NCBI GenBank assembly: GCA_003135435.1
Contig: PLBR01000102.1
Span: 13,303 to 73,944 of the forward strand
Source of the DNA: Nitrospira sp.
GTDB lineage: Bacteria; Nitrospirota; Nitrospiria; Nitrospirales; Nitrospiraceae
Length of the DNA stretch: 60,642 bases
Reading direction: 5' to 3'
Shown piece by piece: positions 35,883 through 44,817 of the stretch. Position 1 is the stretch's first letter. Each line of letters opens with the position of its first letter. The position numbers and the translations under genes were made by a program. The notes under the pieces are model-generated. The model worked only from the letters and a program-made list of their open reading frames with translations, ran no database searches and was not told the origin of the DNA.

Positions 35883-36061
35883 CTCATCAGGCTACTCAAA
35901 ATGGTCACCCAACGAGGCCGCAGGCGAGAAACGACCGGAGGCGTTTCCGTTCTCACCCGCCCTCCCCGAGCTGCCAAGACAGCTCTCTCCCAGTGTCAGG
36001 TACGTTGAGGATCGTTTCGAACCGAGAACGAAGCTGGGGACTATTTTCAGCAGCCGTTATA
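35883..36061. mobile_element. MITE-like element, family 1 variant, inside the ribBA-ribH spacer
   Basis: Left end CTCATCAGGCTACTCAAAATGGTCACC. Right end GCTGGGGACTATTTTCAGCAGCCGTTAT, compare CTGGCGGACTTTTTCAGCAGCCAGGCTAG at 42504-42532. The core differs from the GGTCTG type. Confidence 0.4.
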
Positions 36062-37265
36062 CCTTTTTAAGAATGTGCCCCATCTTATTCTTTTTCGTTC
36101 GCAAGTACTTCACATTCGCCGCACGCGGCTGAATCTCGATCGGTACGCGCTCGACCACTTTCAATCCGTACCCCTCGATGCCGACGATCTTGCGTGGATT
36201 GTTCGTGATGAGCTTGATCTGATGCAGCCCGAGATTGACGAGAATCTGCGCGCCCACGCCGTAATCGCGCAGGTCCGCCTTAAATCCCAACTGCAAATTC
36301 GCCTCGACTGTATCGCACCCCTGATCTTGCAACCCATAGGCCCTGATCTTGTTGAGCAAACCGATACCGCGCCCTTCTTGATTCAAGTAGAGGAGGACCC
36401 CGCGCCCTTCCTTTTGAATCACGTCCATCGCCTTATGAAGTTGGTCTCGACAGTCGCACCGCAACGACCCTAGGGCATCGGCAGTCAAACAGCCCGAGTG
36501 CACACGCACCAGGGTGGGATCGCCTCCCTCCACGCGCCCTTTTACCAACGCAATGTGCGTGATGCCGTCGATTTCGTTTTCGAATGCCACCGCCTCGAAA
36601 TCACCAAACATCGTCGGCAGTTGCGCACTGGCCATCCGCCGCACAAACGTTTCGCGCTGCATGCGGTACTCGATGAGCGCCTTGATCGTGACCATCTTCA
36701 GCTTGTGCACTTTGACAAATTTCGTCAGCTCCGGCACGCGCGCCATGGTGCCGTCCTCGTTCATGATTTCGCAGATCACGCCGGCAGGAGTGAGCCCAGC
36801 CAACCGCGCCAGATCGACGGAGCCTTCGGTCTGCCCCGCGCGCTTCAGCACGCCGCCTTGCTGCGCCTTCAAGGGAAAAATATGGCCGGGGCGCGCCAGG
36901 TCGCTGGGCTTGGATCTCGGATCGATCGCCACATGAATTGTCGTGGCCCGATCCGCCGCAGAGATTCCCGTCGTAATATCTTTCCGCGCATCGATAGACA
37001 CGGTGAAGGCCGTGCCGAAGGTGGCGGTGTTTTCAACCGCCTGCTGCGGAAGATGGAGTTCTTCGACGCGCTGGGGAGTCAGGGCGAGACAGATCAACCC
37101 ACGGGCATGTTTGGCCATGAAGTTGATGGCCTGGGGCGTCACGTGTTGGGCGGCAATGACGAGATCGCCTTCATTCTCGCGATCTTCGTCATCGACGAGG
37201 ATGATGAATTTCCCCTTTTTGATGTCCCGAATCGCGTCTTCAATGCTGTGAAAGGGAGAAGCCAT
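36057..37265 (-). CDS. ribBA: bifunctional 3,4-dihydroxy-2-butanone-4-phosphate synthase / GTP cyclohydrolase II
   Basis: [19 protein letters not shown] and GGVL.RAGQTE (RibB half). VRVHS.CLT.D..GS.RCDC..QL, GRGIGL.NK..AY.LQD.G.DTV.AN (RibA half). Confidence 0.92.
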   Translation of the reverse strand: MASPFHSIEDAIRDIKKGKFIILVDDEDRENEGDLVIAAQHVTPQAINFMAKHARGLICLALTPQRVEELHLPQQAVENTATFGTAFTVSIDARKDITTGISAADRATTIHVAIDPRSKPSDLARPGHIFPLKAQQGGVLKRAGQTEGSVDLARLAGLTPAGVICEIMNEDGTMARVPELTKFVKVHKLKMVTIKALIEYRMQRETFVRRMASAQLPTMFGDFEAVAFENEIDGITHIALVKGRVEGGDPTLVRVHSGCLTADALGSLRCDCRDQLHKAMDVIQKEGRGVLLYLNQEGRGIGLLNKIRAYGLQDQGCDTVEANLQLGFKADLRDYGVGAQILVNLGLHQIKLITNNPRKIVGIEGYGLKVVERVPIEIQPRAANVKYLRTKKNKMGHILKKV

Positions 37266-37423
37266 TACTTTAATGTTGAATGTTCAATGGATCATCAATT
37301 TACCATTTAACATCGCTGCTGTCCAAGATAGCCGAGACCGGGTGGAAGCCCACTTGATTTGATGTGGCTTTCGGACAGGCAATGATGGATTTTCAAGATT
37401 GTGCCTCCTTGTGCTGTCCAAGA

Positions 37424-37603
37424 TCAAGCGAAAGCCAAGGTGGCCTGGGGGTTGTCCTGCGGATCAGGCGGTGTGGCGAAGGGTTTGTCGAGCCAGGCCA
37501 TCAGATCGCGATGGGTGAACAGATTCATGCGCAGCAGCGCCACGAGATTAGCCAGACTCCAGCCGAAACGGGAGGACACTTGCAGATAGCGCAGCAACAG
37601 CAT
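37424..37603 (-). pseudogene. isolated C-terminal tail of an IS4-like transposase (remnant)
   Basis: 59-codon minus-strand ORF MLLLRYLQVSSRFGWSLANLVALLRMNLFTHRDLMAWLDKPFATPPDPQDNPQATLAFA. The LL..NLFTH ending resembles the extreme C-terminus of IS10/IS4-type transposases as I remember them. No DDE domain upstream. Confidence 0.35.
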
Positions 37604-37814
37604 CGAGATTATACATCGATTGCAAGCTCCAGGTCGTAAGTCCTGGAAGCCGCGTGGTTCTCATGGTACTCCCGGCCAACGCCTGTTTCCAGGAACACTC
37701 ATGAAGCGGGTGTGTCAGCCGGATCTCCGACAGATGGACACCGATACATTCCGTCTATTGTTTTGACCTCTTTCAGCCTGCTATCCTTTCGCTGATTTGT
37801 AATAGTCGAGTGCC

Positions 37815-37953
37815 CTAGCAGGCTGCGGAATAACTCGTGTTGAATGCTTCGATACGCTCAGCACGAACGGAAAATCCCTGTATTGTTAATGGCCCTTCCG
37901 TTCGCCCTGTGGCCCTCGAAGGGGGAACGGAGGGTTTTTCCGCAGCCTGCTAG
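37815..37953. mobile_element. MITE-like element, family 1 variant (short)
   Basis: CTAGCAGGCTGCGGAATAAC ... GGTTTTTCCGCAGCCTGCTAG form near-perfect inverted ends. The core has GAACGGAAAATCCC / CCTTCCGTTC complementarity. Confidence 0.5.
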
Positions 37954-38202
37954 CTATGTTTTCATGTGAGCTGAGAACTGGCATGCGGACCCCGCGCAAG
38001 ACTCATCAGCGCATTGTCCCTTCCAGTCAGTACCCGACTCTCCTCCTCTGTACGACCCTGGATGACTTGCTGATGGAGAACCCGCCACCGATTCTGCCGC
38101 ATCCTCGCTACGACAGATCCTTCGGGTGTATCCATAGATAGGCCTCAACGCGACAATCGTAGGGAGCAGGACTGGACTTCCGAGAACCAGAGGATAAGAG
38201 AG

Positions 38203-39966
38203 TTGGCTCATCAGACACGCGTAACGTTTGCCAGACCGTGGTGGTCGGGAATCTTCCTTCCTCTGGCGTTTCTCCTGTCTTTTGCGATAGCAGCCGGGGT
38301 GGGACTCTATTCGTTGGCTTCTTTGAGAGCTGTGCTGGTCCAGGAGAGGGGCGCAGACCTCGCCAGAACGGCTGCCAGGGCCGCGGATACGCTTGATCGT
38401 GTCTTGTTTGAGCGGTTCGGTGATATCCAGATATTTGCGAATGACAGAATCCTTTTCGAGGGCAACGCGGACGAGAAGACACAGAGGTTACTGCAATACA
38501 AGAAGCTGTACTGGTACTACTCCTGGATAGGAGTTACCGATGCGACTGGTCGAATCGTCGCGGCGACCAACTTGTTTGCCGGGCCAGATACAGGTGGGAC
38601 GAGAGAGGGTGGTCTGGGTCTCAATCGGCGAGACTGGTTTGAGATCGTGCGCCAGACAGGGCAGGTGCATCTGTCGGAGGCTCAGCTTTCACCAGAGTCA
38701 GAGGGGATCATGGCGGTGGGGCTCTCGGCTCCGATCTATGGGCCACAAGGGGACTTTCGCGGAGTGGTGACGAGCCGGGTCCCGATTGAGAAGCTACGAA
38801 CCATTCTTGAGCAGGAAGGGAAACTCCAACATGGAGAAGAAGCCCAGAACTGGTTGGTGCTGGACCGTCAAGGAGCGGTCATCATCGAGAAGAACCAAGT
38901 GAAGGGAATGGACAGCAGCCTGTCAGAGATGGAACTGCTTGACGCAAGAAGAGCAGCCGAGGATCGTGACAAGTCCAGTTTTGTGGAGGAACTGAGCCAG
39001 CGCCGGCAGATTCCTGTGGTGACCGGCTATGCAAGGACACGAGGCTACAGAAACTTTTCAGGATTCAACTGGACCGTGTTGGTTCGCTTGGACCGTGAGC
39101 GTGCCTATGCTCCGATCAACCAGCTTATCTGGACTGTCGGTGGAGTTGGGCTCCTGCTCGTCACGCCGCTGGCCGGCTTCGGAATGTGGGCGTCGTGGAA
39201 TCTGGTTCGCGAGCAGCGCGACCTGGTCCGCGCGCAGCAGTCCTTAGAGGAGTCCATAGCCGAACTGGCCCGCTCCAATGCCGATCTGCAGCAGTTTGCC
39301 TATGTCGCCTCACACGACTTACAGGAGCCGCTGCGGATGGTCGCCAGTTACACGCAGCTCTTGGCGAGGCGCTACAAGGGCAAACTGGATTCCGATGCCG
39401 ACGAGTTCATCGAGTACGCCGTGGGTGGGGCCATCCGCATGCAAAGGCTGATCAATGACCTCTTGACGTACTCACGTGTGACCGCGCAGGATAAAGTGTT
39501 TGAACGGGTGGACTGCAATGGGTTTCTGGAGGAGGCACTGAGCAATTTACGGATCGCGGTCGAGGAGAACGGGGCGGTCGTGACCCACGACCCTCTTCCC
39601 ACCGTGATGGCCGACGGGGGGCAATTGGTGCAGCTCTTTCAGAACCTGATCGGCAATGCCATCAAGTTTCGCGGCAAGGATCCCCCCCAAGTTTACGTGT
39701 CGGCTGAGCGACGAACCGGCGAATGGCTCTTCTCGGTTCGCGACAATGGCATCGGGGTGGACCCCCAGTATGCCGAGCGTATCTTTGTCATTTTTCAGCG
39801 CCTGCACAACAGAGAAGAATATCCCGGCACCGGCATCGGCCTGGCGCTGTGCAAGAAGATTGTTGAACGCCATGGCGGACGAATCTGGGTGGCATCACAG
39901 ACAGGTCAGGGGGCAACCTTTCATTTCACACTGCCGATAGTCGGCCAGAGCCGACATGACTCGTGA
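38203..39966 (+). CDS. sensor histidine kinase with periplasmic Cache-like domain
   Basis: TM, ~270-aa extracytoplasmic region, TM, coiled coil. H-box FAYVASHDLQEPLRMV, N-box FQNLIGNAIKF, DNGIGV, GTGIGLALCKKIVERHGGRIW. Confidence 0.85.
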   Translation: MAHQTRVTFARPWWSGIFLPLAFLLSFAIAAGVGLYSLASLRAVLVQERGADLARTAARAADTLDRVLFERFGDIQIFANDRILFEGNADEKTQRLLQYKKLYWYYSWIGVTDATGRIVAATNLFAGPDTGGTREGGLGLNRRDWFEIVRQTGQVHLSEAQLSPESEGIMAVGLSAPIYGPQGDFRGVVTSRVPIEKLRTILEQEGKLQHGEEAQNWLVLDRQGAVIIEKNQVKGMDSSLSEMELLDARRAAEDRDKSSFVEELSQRRQIPVVTGYARTRGYRNFSGFNWTVLVRLDRERAYAPINQLIWTVGGVGLLLVTPLAGFGMWASWNLVREQRDLVRAQQSLEESIAELARSNADLQQFAYVASHDLQEPLRMVASYTQLLARRYKGKLDSDADEFIEYAVGGAIRMQRLINDLLTYSRVTAQDKVFERVDCNGFLEEALSNLRIAVEENGAVVTHDPLPTVMADGGQLVQLFQNLIGNAIKFRGKDPPQVYVSAERRTGEWLFSVRDNGIGVDPQYAERIFVIFQRLHNREEYPGTGIGLALCKKIVERHGGRIWVASQTGQGATFHFTLPIVGQSRHDS

Positions 39967-40030
39967 TACGTGACACGATCCGCAGGGCGCATGTGTCACG
40001 TATGACGTTCACACAAGGAGACATGACCGC

Positions 40031-40480
40031 ATGCAGACGTCCAAGAATGTTAGGCCAGTGCAGATTCTCTTAGTGGAAGACAATCCCGGTGATGTCGGTC
40101 TGACGATTGAGGCCCTCAAAGAGGCCAAGGTGCTCAACAAGCTCACGGTCGTCAAAGATGGCATAGAAGCCTTGTCGTTGCTGCGTCGGCAAGGGCAGCA
40201 CGCACACGCTGCGCGCCCGGATCTCATCCTGCTCGACCTCAACCTTCCCAAGAAAGATGGTCGAGAGGTATTGGCTGAGATCAAGGCCGACGACAATCTG
40301 AAACGCATCCCCGTGATCATTCTCACGACCTCTGAGAACGAACAAGACGTGGTGAAGAGCTACAACCTCTACGCTAATTGCTACATTACGAAGCCTTTGG
40401 ATTTGGACCGGTTCATTAAGGTGGTGAAATCGATCGAGGACTTCTGGCTCGGGATCGTGGTGCTACCGAAGAATGGGTAG
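40031..40480 (+). CDS. single-domain response regulator (receiver only)
   Basis: [10 protein letters not shown]...., [29 protein letters not shown]. Confidence 0.85.
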   Translation: MQTSKNVRPVQILLVEDNPGDVGLTIEALKEAKVLNKLTVVKDGIEALSLLRRQGQHAHAARPDLILLDLNLPKKDGREVLAEIKADDNLKRIPVIILTTSENEQDVVKSYNLYANCYITKPLDLDRFIKVVKSIEDFWLGIVVLPKNG

Positions 40481-40503
40481 GCCATGCCGTGTGAGTCAGA
40501 TGT

Positions 40504-40823
40504 ATGCGAATCCTACTTGTTGAAGACAATCCCGGCGATATCCGGCTGCTACAGGAATATCTGAAAGAAGGCAGCGCCTGGCTGAAGCACGGTTCGATGC
40601 GGTGCTGCTGGATCTGTCGCTCCCCGATAGCCAAGGACTGGACACGTTGGTTCGATTGCATGAGGCCGCGAAGGACGTGCCGATCGTCGTCCTGACCGGC
40701 ATCTAGGATGAAGCGCCGGGAGTGCGGTTAATTCAGGCCGGTGCGCAGGACTATCTGGTAAAAGCACTGCTGTCCAAAATAATCTGCTCTTTAGGGTCCT
40801 CCCTGCGTACATTCTGCGTGTGA
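40504..40823 (+). pseudogene. decayed response-regulator receiver gene (internal deletion/frameshift plus in-frame TAG)
   Basis: Frame 1 gives [22 protein letters not shown]. After ~40575 the receiver continues in another frame: ARFDAVLLDLSLPDSQGLDTLVRLHEAAKDVPIVVLTGI*DEAPGVRLIQAGAQDYLVK. TAG at 40704-40706. About 25-30 residues are missing between the parts. No output domain. Confidence 0.6.
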
Positions 40824-40918
40824 GACGGCGTTGGCTCCGAATCTCAGATGAGGTTGCCTCGGCTGCTGATCCAAGATCACGTGGCAAAGAGCGTCGCTTG
40901 CATGGGCATCGGGGTGAT

Positions 40919-40944
40919 CCCCGCCCTTCCGGGCGGGGCTTTTT
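40919..40944 (+). terminator. Rho-independent terminator
   Basis: CCCCGCCC-TTCC-GGGCGGGG followed by CTTTTT. Confidence 0.55.
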
Positions 40945-41048
40945 GAACCAGGAAGGTTCTTGTTCCTCGCTACGCTACGGGCTGCCATTCCTCCCCGCTC
41001 TTCCGAGCGGGGCATCCTGGCAGATTTTCGTGATTTAACATTGCACAT

Positions 41049-42308
41049 TTAACATCGTTTTTTTGGCCCCTCACTCTCAACGGAAAAACGGCCTGGTGCA
41101 TCCATGGGATTACTGATGACTCGACGTGCGCGTCGTTCTGCCAGCAGCACCGCCCCCCAGGCAATGCCCGTAGCCACAGCAAACATCCACAACCCGGTTC
41201 GGTAGGAACCGGTCACCTCTTTGAGCGTTCCCAACCAAAGGGGCAAGAGAAAACCTCCAATCCCGCCGGCCGCCCCCACGACACCCGACGCGAGACCAAT
41301 CTGTTTGGGAAACCACTCTGAAGCCAGTTGCAGAATCACCCCATTGCCGACCCCCATGGCTCCCACGGCCACCACCATCAGCACGACGGCGACATTGATA
41401 TTGGTGACTTCGCCAAGCACCGCGACGACCCCCACGACAAGGGGCAATGCCAGTATGAGTGTTCGCAGACCGCCGATCCGGTCGGCCGCGTGGCCTCCAA
41501 ACGGACGGATGAGGCTGCCCACCAATCCACACAAGGCAGCAATCGAGCCGGCGGCGATGCCGTCCACAAGGTACTGCTCGTGGAAGAAGAGCGGAAGAAT
41601 GCTGCAGAGTCCAACGAACCCGCCGAACGTCACGGCATAGAGCCCGCAGAGCCAATAGGCTTTCGGATGCCGGATCATCACCGCCACATTGTGCCACCAA
41701 TGCGCATCGCGCTCGGCTCGCCGGCTCTGTCGATCGTCACGCACAAGGAGCACAAAAACTGCCAAGCTGGCGACAATAGGCAGAATCATCCACCCAAACA
41801 CGTCGTGCCATCCACCCGTGGCCGCAATGCGTGGCGCAAAAAAGAGAATCAGTACGGTGCCGACATTGCCCGACGCAACTATTCCCAACACCAATCCTTG
41901 ATGGGCAGCTGGATAAGAGCGGCCCGCCAGCGGCAAAGTCACCGCGAAGCTCGCCCCACCGATACCGAGCAAGAATGCAACGAGCAACAACTCGGCATAA
42001 CTATGGACGCCCAGCCACCCCCATACGACGACCGCCAACTCGCCCACCAGAATGAGCGTCCCCGTCGGCTTGGCCCCATACCAATCGCTGCTCCACCCCG
42101 CGACGACGCGAAGCAACGCGCCGCTCAGCAGCGGGAGCGACACCATGATAGCCGTGTCGGTCTGGCTGAGATGGAGGTCATGCGCGAAAGTCAGGCTCAG
42201 CGCACCCATCAGCAGCCATACCATAAAACTGACGGCGAGATGGAGCCAGGCACCAATCACGCTCGGCCAATGCCCGCGTGTTAGCACGAGAAACATGCCA
42301 GTCATCAC
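41049..42308 (-). CDS. MFS transporter, NarK/NasA nitrate/nitrite family
   Basis: 12-TM profile. GGHAADRIGGLR-type loop. Gly-rich nitrate-signature-like motifs (IVASGNVGT, GVVGAAGGIGGF). Confidence 0.8.
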   Translation of the reverse strand: MMTGMFLVLTRGHWPSVIGAWLHLAVSFMVWLLMGALSLTFAHDLHLSQTDTAIMVSLPLLSGALLRVVAGWSSDWYGAKPTGTLILVGELAVVVWGWLGVHSYAELLLVAFLLGIGGASFAVTLPLAGRSYPAAHQGLVLGIVASGNVGTVLILFFAPRIAATGGWHDVFGWMILPIVASLAVFVLLVRDDRQSRRAERDAHWWHNVAVMIRHPKAYWLCGLYAVTFGGFVGLCSILPLFFHEQYLVDGIAAGSIAALCGLVGSLIRPFGGHAADRIGGLRTLILALPLVVGVVAVLGEVTNINVAVVLMVVAVGAMGVGNGVILQLASEWFPKQIGLASGVVGAAGGIGGFLLPLWLGTLKEVTGSYRTGLWMFAVATGIAWGAVLLAERRARRVISNPMDAPGRFSVESEGPKKRC

Positions 42309-42314
42309 ATTCTC

Positions 42315-42532
42315 CTAACAGGATGCTGAAAAAGACCGCCAGCCGCTCAAGCGCGTCTGTCTTGTTCGTTTGGTTTGTCTGGTCTGTCTCGTATATTCGG
42401 TTTGTCTTGTTTATTTGGCTGAACCAGACTAACCGGATAAACCAGTTCAACTCGTCCCGCCAGTCTCGCATGTCTCGCATGTCACGCGCCACGGTCTGTG
42501 GCCCTGGCGGACTTTTTCAGCAGCCAGGCTAG
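42315..42532. mobile_element. MITE-like element, family 1, filling the narK-like/rpoH divergent spacer
   Basis: CTAACAGGATGCTGAAAAAGACCGCCAG ... CTGGCGGACTTTTTCAGCAGCCAGGCTAG. GGTTTG/GGTCTG hairpin core. Confidence 0.55.
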
Positions 42533-42540
42533 AGGTTCTT

Positions 42541-43557
42541 ATGATAATCTCAACCGTCATGAGTCCGCGCAACAAGGATCTCGACGAAGAACCGATCGAA
42601 CCGGAGGTCTTGGACCCGTCCGAGAAGGAGATTGCCGAGATCAGTCCGCCTCCCGAAGTGTCTCACCGCGCAGCCCCGGAGGATCATCACGCCACCGACG
42701 CCACAGCCGTGGTGCCGGTTACGGCGCTCCAGCAATATTTGGCCGAAGTCCGGCGCTATCCCTACCTCTCCAAAGAAGAAGAGCTGCGCCTGTTCCATGA
42801 ATATCGAACACACGGGGATCGCGACGCCGCCGTAAAGCTCATCATGGCCAACCTGCGCGTGTCCCTCTCGATTGCCGCCGAATACCTCCATACCGGCGCC
42901 GACCACATGGACCTCATTCAAGAAGGCAACGTGGGGTTGATGCATGCCATCAAGAAGTTCGACCCGTCGAAGAACGTGCGCTTTTACGCCTATGCCGCCT
43001 GGTGGTCTCGGGCCTATATCCTTCGCTATTTGCTGAACAACTATCGCCTGGTCAAGATCGGGACGACCCAGGACCAACGGAAGCTGTTCTATAACCTCAA
43101 AAAAGAAAAGGCCAAGCTTGAACGGGAAGGCTTTGCTCCAGACACGAAACTACTCGCCGACCGCTTGAACGTGCGGGAGCGTGACGTCATCGAGATGGGG
43201 CAGCGGCTAGGCAACTGGGAACTATCCCTGGATCAGCCGATCGGCGAGGACCAGGAAGGCAGCCTCCTCGATGTACTCCCATCCCAACAAGTTCCAGCGG
43301 ACGAGCAGCTTGCGCACACCCAATTACAGACACTCTTCCGTACCAAGCTCGCCGAATTCATCAAGACCCTCGACGAACGAGACGAAGACATCTTGCGGAA
43401 CCGAATTCTCTCTGAAACCCCTCTAACCCTGGAGGACCTCGGCGTCAAGTACTCAGTCAGCAAAGAGCGAACCAGACAACTGGAAGCACGCATCATCAAG
43501 CGCTTGCGCGACTACATTAAGAAAGACATCAAAGATTTCAACAATTTGCGGATCTAA
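42541..43557 (+). CDS. rpoH: RNA polymerase sigma factor RpoH (sigma-32-like)
   Basis: Region 2 DLIQEGNVGLM.A.KKFDP. RpoH-box-like TTQDQRKLFYNLKKEK. Region 4 LTLEDLGVKYSVSKERTRQLEARI. Acidic N-terminal extension. Alternative ATG at 42559. Confidence 0.8.
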   Translation: MIISTVMSPRNKDLDEEPIEPEVLDPSEKEIAEISPPPEVSHRAAPEDHHATDATAVVPVTALQQYLAEVRRYPYLSKEEELRLFHEYRTHGDRDAAVKLIMANLRVSLSIAAEYLHTGADHMDLIQEGNVGLMHAIKKFDPSKNVRFYAYAAWWSRAYILRYLLNNYRLVKIGTTQDQRKLFYNLKKEKAKLEREGFAPDTKLLADRLNVRERDVIEMGQRLGNWELSLDQPIGEDQEGSLLDVLPSQQVPADEQLAHTQLQTLFRTKLAEFIKTLDERDEDILRNRILSETPLTLEDLGVKYSVSKERTRQLEARIIKRLRDYIKKDIKDFNNLRI

Positions 43558-43665
43558 ATTTGCCGAATCCCCACCGAAATAAAGTCTAGAATATCCAATT
43601 CTCGATTAGACCAAGTAGAACAGTCAGCCGGTCTCAACTTATTGATTAAACAAGAGCTTCGGGGT

Positions 43666-44811
43666 ATGCTCCAAGAGATGGTCACTGAGAAAAAGGCCCT
43701 CACGGTGCTCGCCAAGCGCCAACGCAAGAAGAGACCCAACAAGAGCCGATGGGATGTATCCCCGCGGCCCACCGACCAGCGTCTGGACTTCCCACCAGAG
43801 TACGAGGAGGTCGGTGCAGGAGCAGATCCCAGTGAAGAGGACTACGACCTCATCGGACCAGTGATCCTCGCCTATAACGAAGCCTTCCAGCACCGTCGAC
43901 CGACCACACGCTACCAGTATGAGAGCACGATCAACGGGTTCCTCACGGCCTTGAAGCTCCATGAGAACTTACCGATACAGATGATCGACCGTGAAGCCTG
44001 CCAGCGATGGAAGGCGAGCCTGTTGAATCAGACCATCGGAAGGAAACGGAAGGCGATCTCGACACAACAGAAACTCAAGGCGTTCGGGCACTTCACCCGC
44101 TGGCTGGTCGCTCAGGACTTTCACGGGTTCGCACTCGACCCCATGCGAGGACTGCTGTTACCCGCTCGTGTGGTGGCCGATTCGAAGACGCGCAAAGAAG
44201 CCTTCACAGATCCCGAGCTGGCGATTATCGTGAGCGCCCTCGCACCGTTCAGAGATCACGACCAACCAAACAAGCGAGAGTTCTATTGGCTGCTGCTGTC
44301 CCTGATGGTGACAGGTGCTCGCATGTCAGAGCTCCTCGACATCAAGGCCATCGACATTCGCCCGGTGGAAGGCATCCACTGCTTCGATATCAAGTCTAGT
44401 GAAGGGCGGAACATCAAGACCAAGTCCTCTCACAGGAAGGCGCCGATCCATTCGCAGCTCATCGGCTTGGGGTTCCGGGACTGGCTCGCAGCCGGCACGA
44501 CTCCTCATGCATTCCCGCTGCTGAGCACGGCTGGCGTACCGCTGGTGAGTAGGTGGGTCGGTGATCTCCTCAAGAGCTGTGGAGTGAAGCGTCCTGAAGT
44601 ATCGGCGCATAGCCTACGACACAGCATGACGGTCAACCTTGAACGAGCCAAGGTGCATCCGTCCGTCATGGCGAAGATCCTGGGACATGCGCTTGTTGGG
44701 AGAGGAGTAGAGGGGACGACGTATCTGCAGAGTCTGAGTTATCCGGTGAAGGAGCTAGCGGAGGCAGTGGAAAAAGTCAGGTTCCCACTGTCCGGCGAAG
44801 GTGTGCCGTAG
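43666..44811 (+). CDS. tyrosine-type site-specific recombinase (phage integrase family)
   Basis: First ATG at 43666; the track start 43642 is TTG. C-terminal catalytic pattern TGARMSEL......DI, AHSLRHSM and ILGH......Y. Confidence 0.85.
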   Translation: MLQEMVTEKKALTVLAKRQRKKRPNKSRWDVSPRPTDQRLDFPPEYEEVGAGADPSEEDYDLIGPVILAYNEAFQHRRPTTRYQYESTINGFLTALKLHENLPIQMIDREACQRWKASLLNQTIGRKRKAISTQQKLKAFGHFTRWLVAQDFHGFALDPMRGLLLPARVVADSKTRKEAFTDPELAIIVSALAPFRDHDQPNKREFYWLLLSLMVTGARMSELLDIKAIDIRPVEGIHCFDIKSSEGRNIKTKSSHRKAPIHSQLIGLGFRDWLAAGTTPHAFPLLSTAGVPLVSRWVGDLLKSCGVKRPEVSAHSLRHSMTVNLERAKVHPSVMAKILGHALVGRGVEGTTYLQSLSYPVKELAEAVEKVRFPLSGEGVP

Positions 44812-44817
44812 GGCGAC

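Noticed and set aside
37266-37423. Expected FMN (RFN) riboswitch upstream of ribBA.
   Set aside because: I could not find the conserved RFN core (GGGGCAGGGTGAAATTCCC.., ..CCGACGGT..) in the 5' region. An Infernal scan would settle this.
40992-41011. Second GC hairpin CCCCGCTC-TTCC-GAGCGGGG as the terminator of the NarK-like gene.
   Set aside because: There is no U-tract on the minus strand after the stem. It may still pause or terminate, but the evidence is insufficient to annotate it.
43598-43606. 9-bp direct repeat ATTCTCGAT at 43598-43606 and 59206-59214 as candidate attL/attR of the island.
   Set aside because: A 9-bp match between two search windows of this size is expected by chance at appreciable frequency. 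The flanking bases diverge immediately, so it is not reported as an att site.
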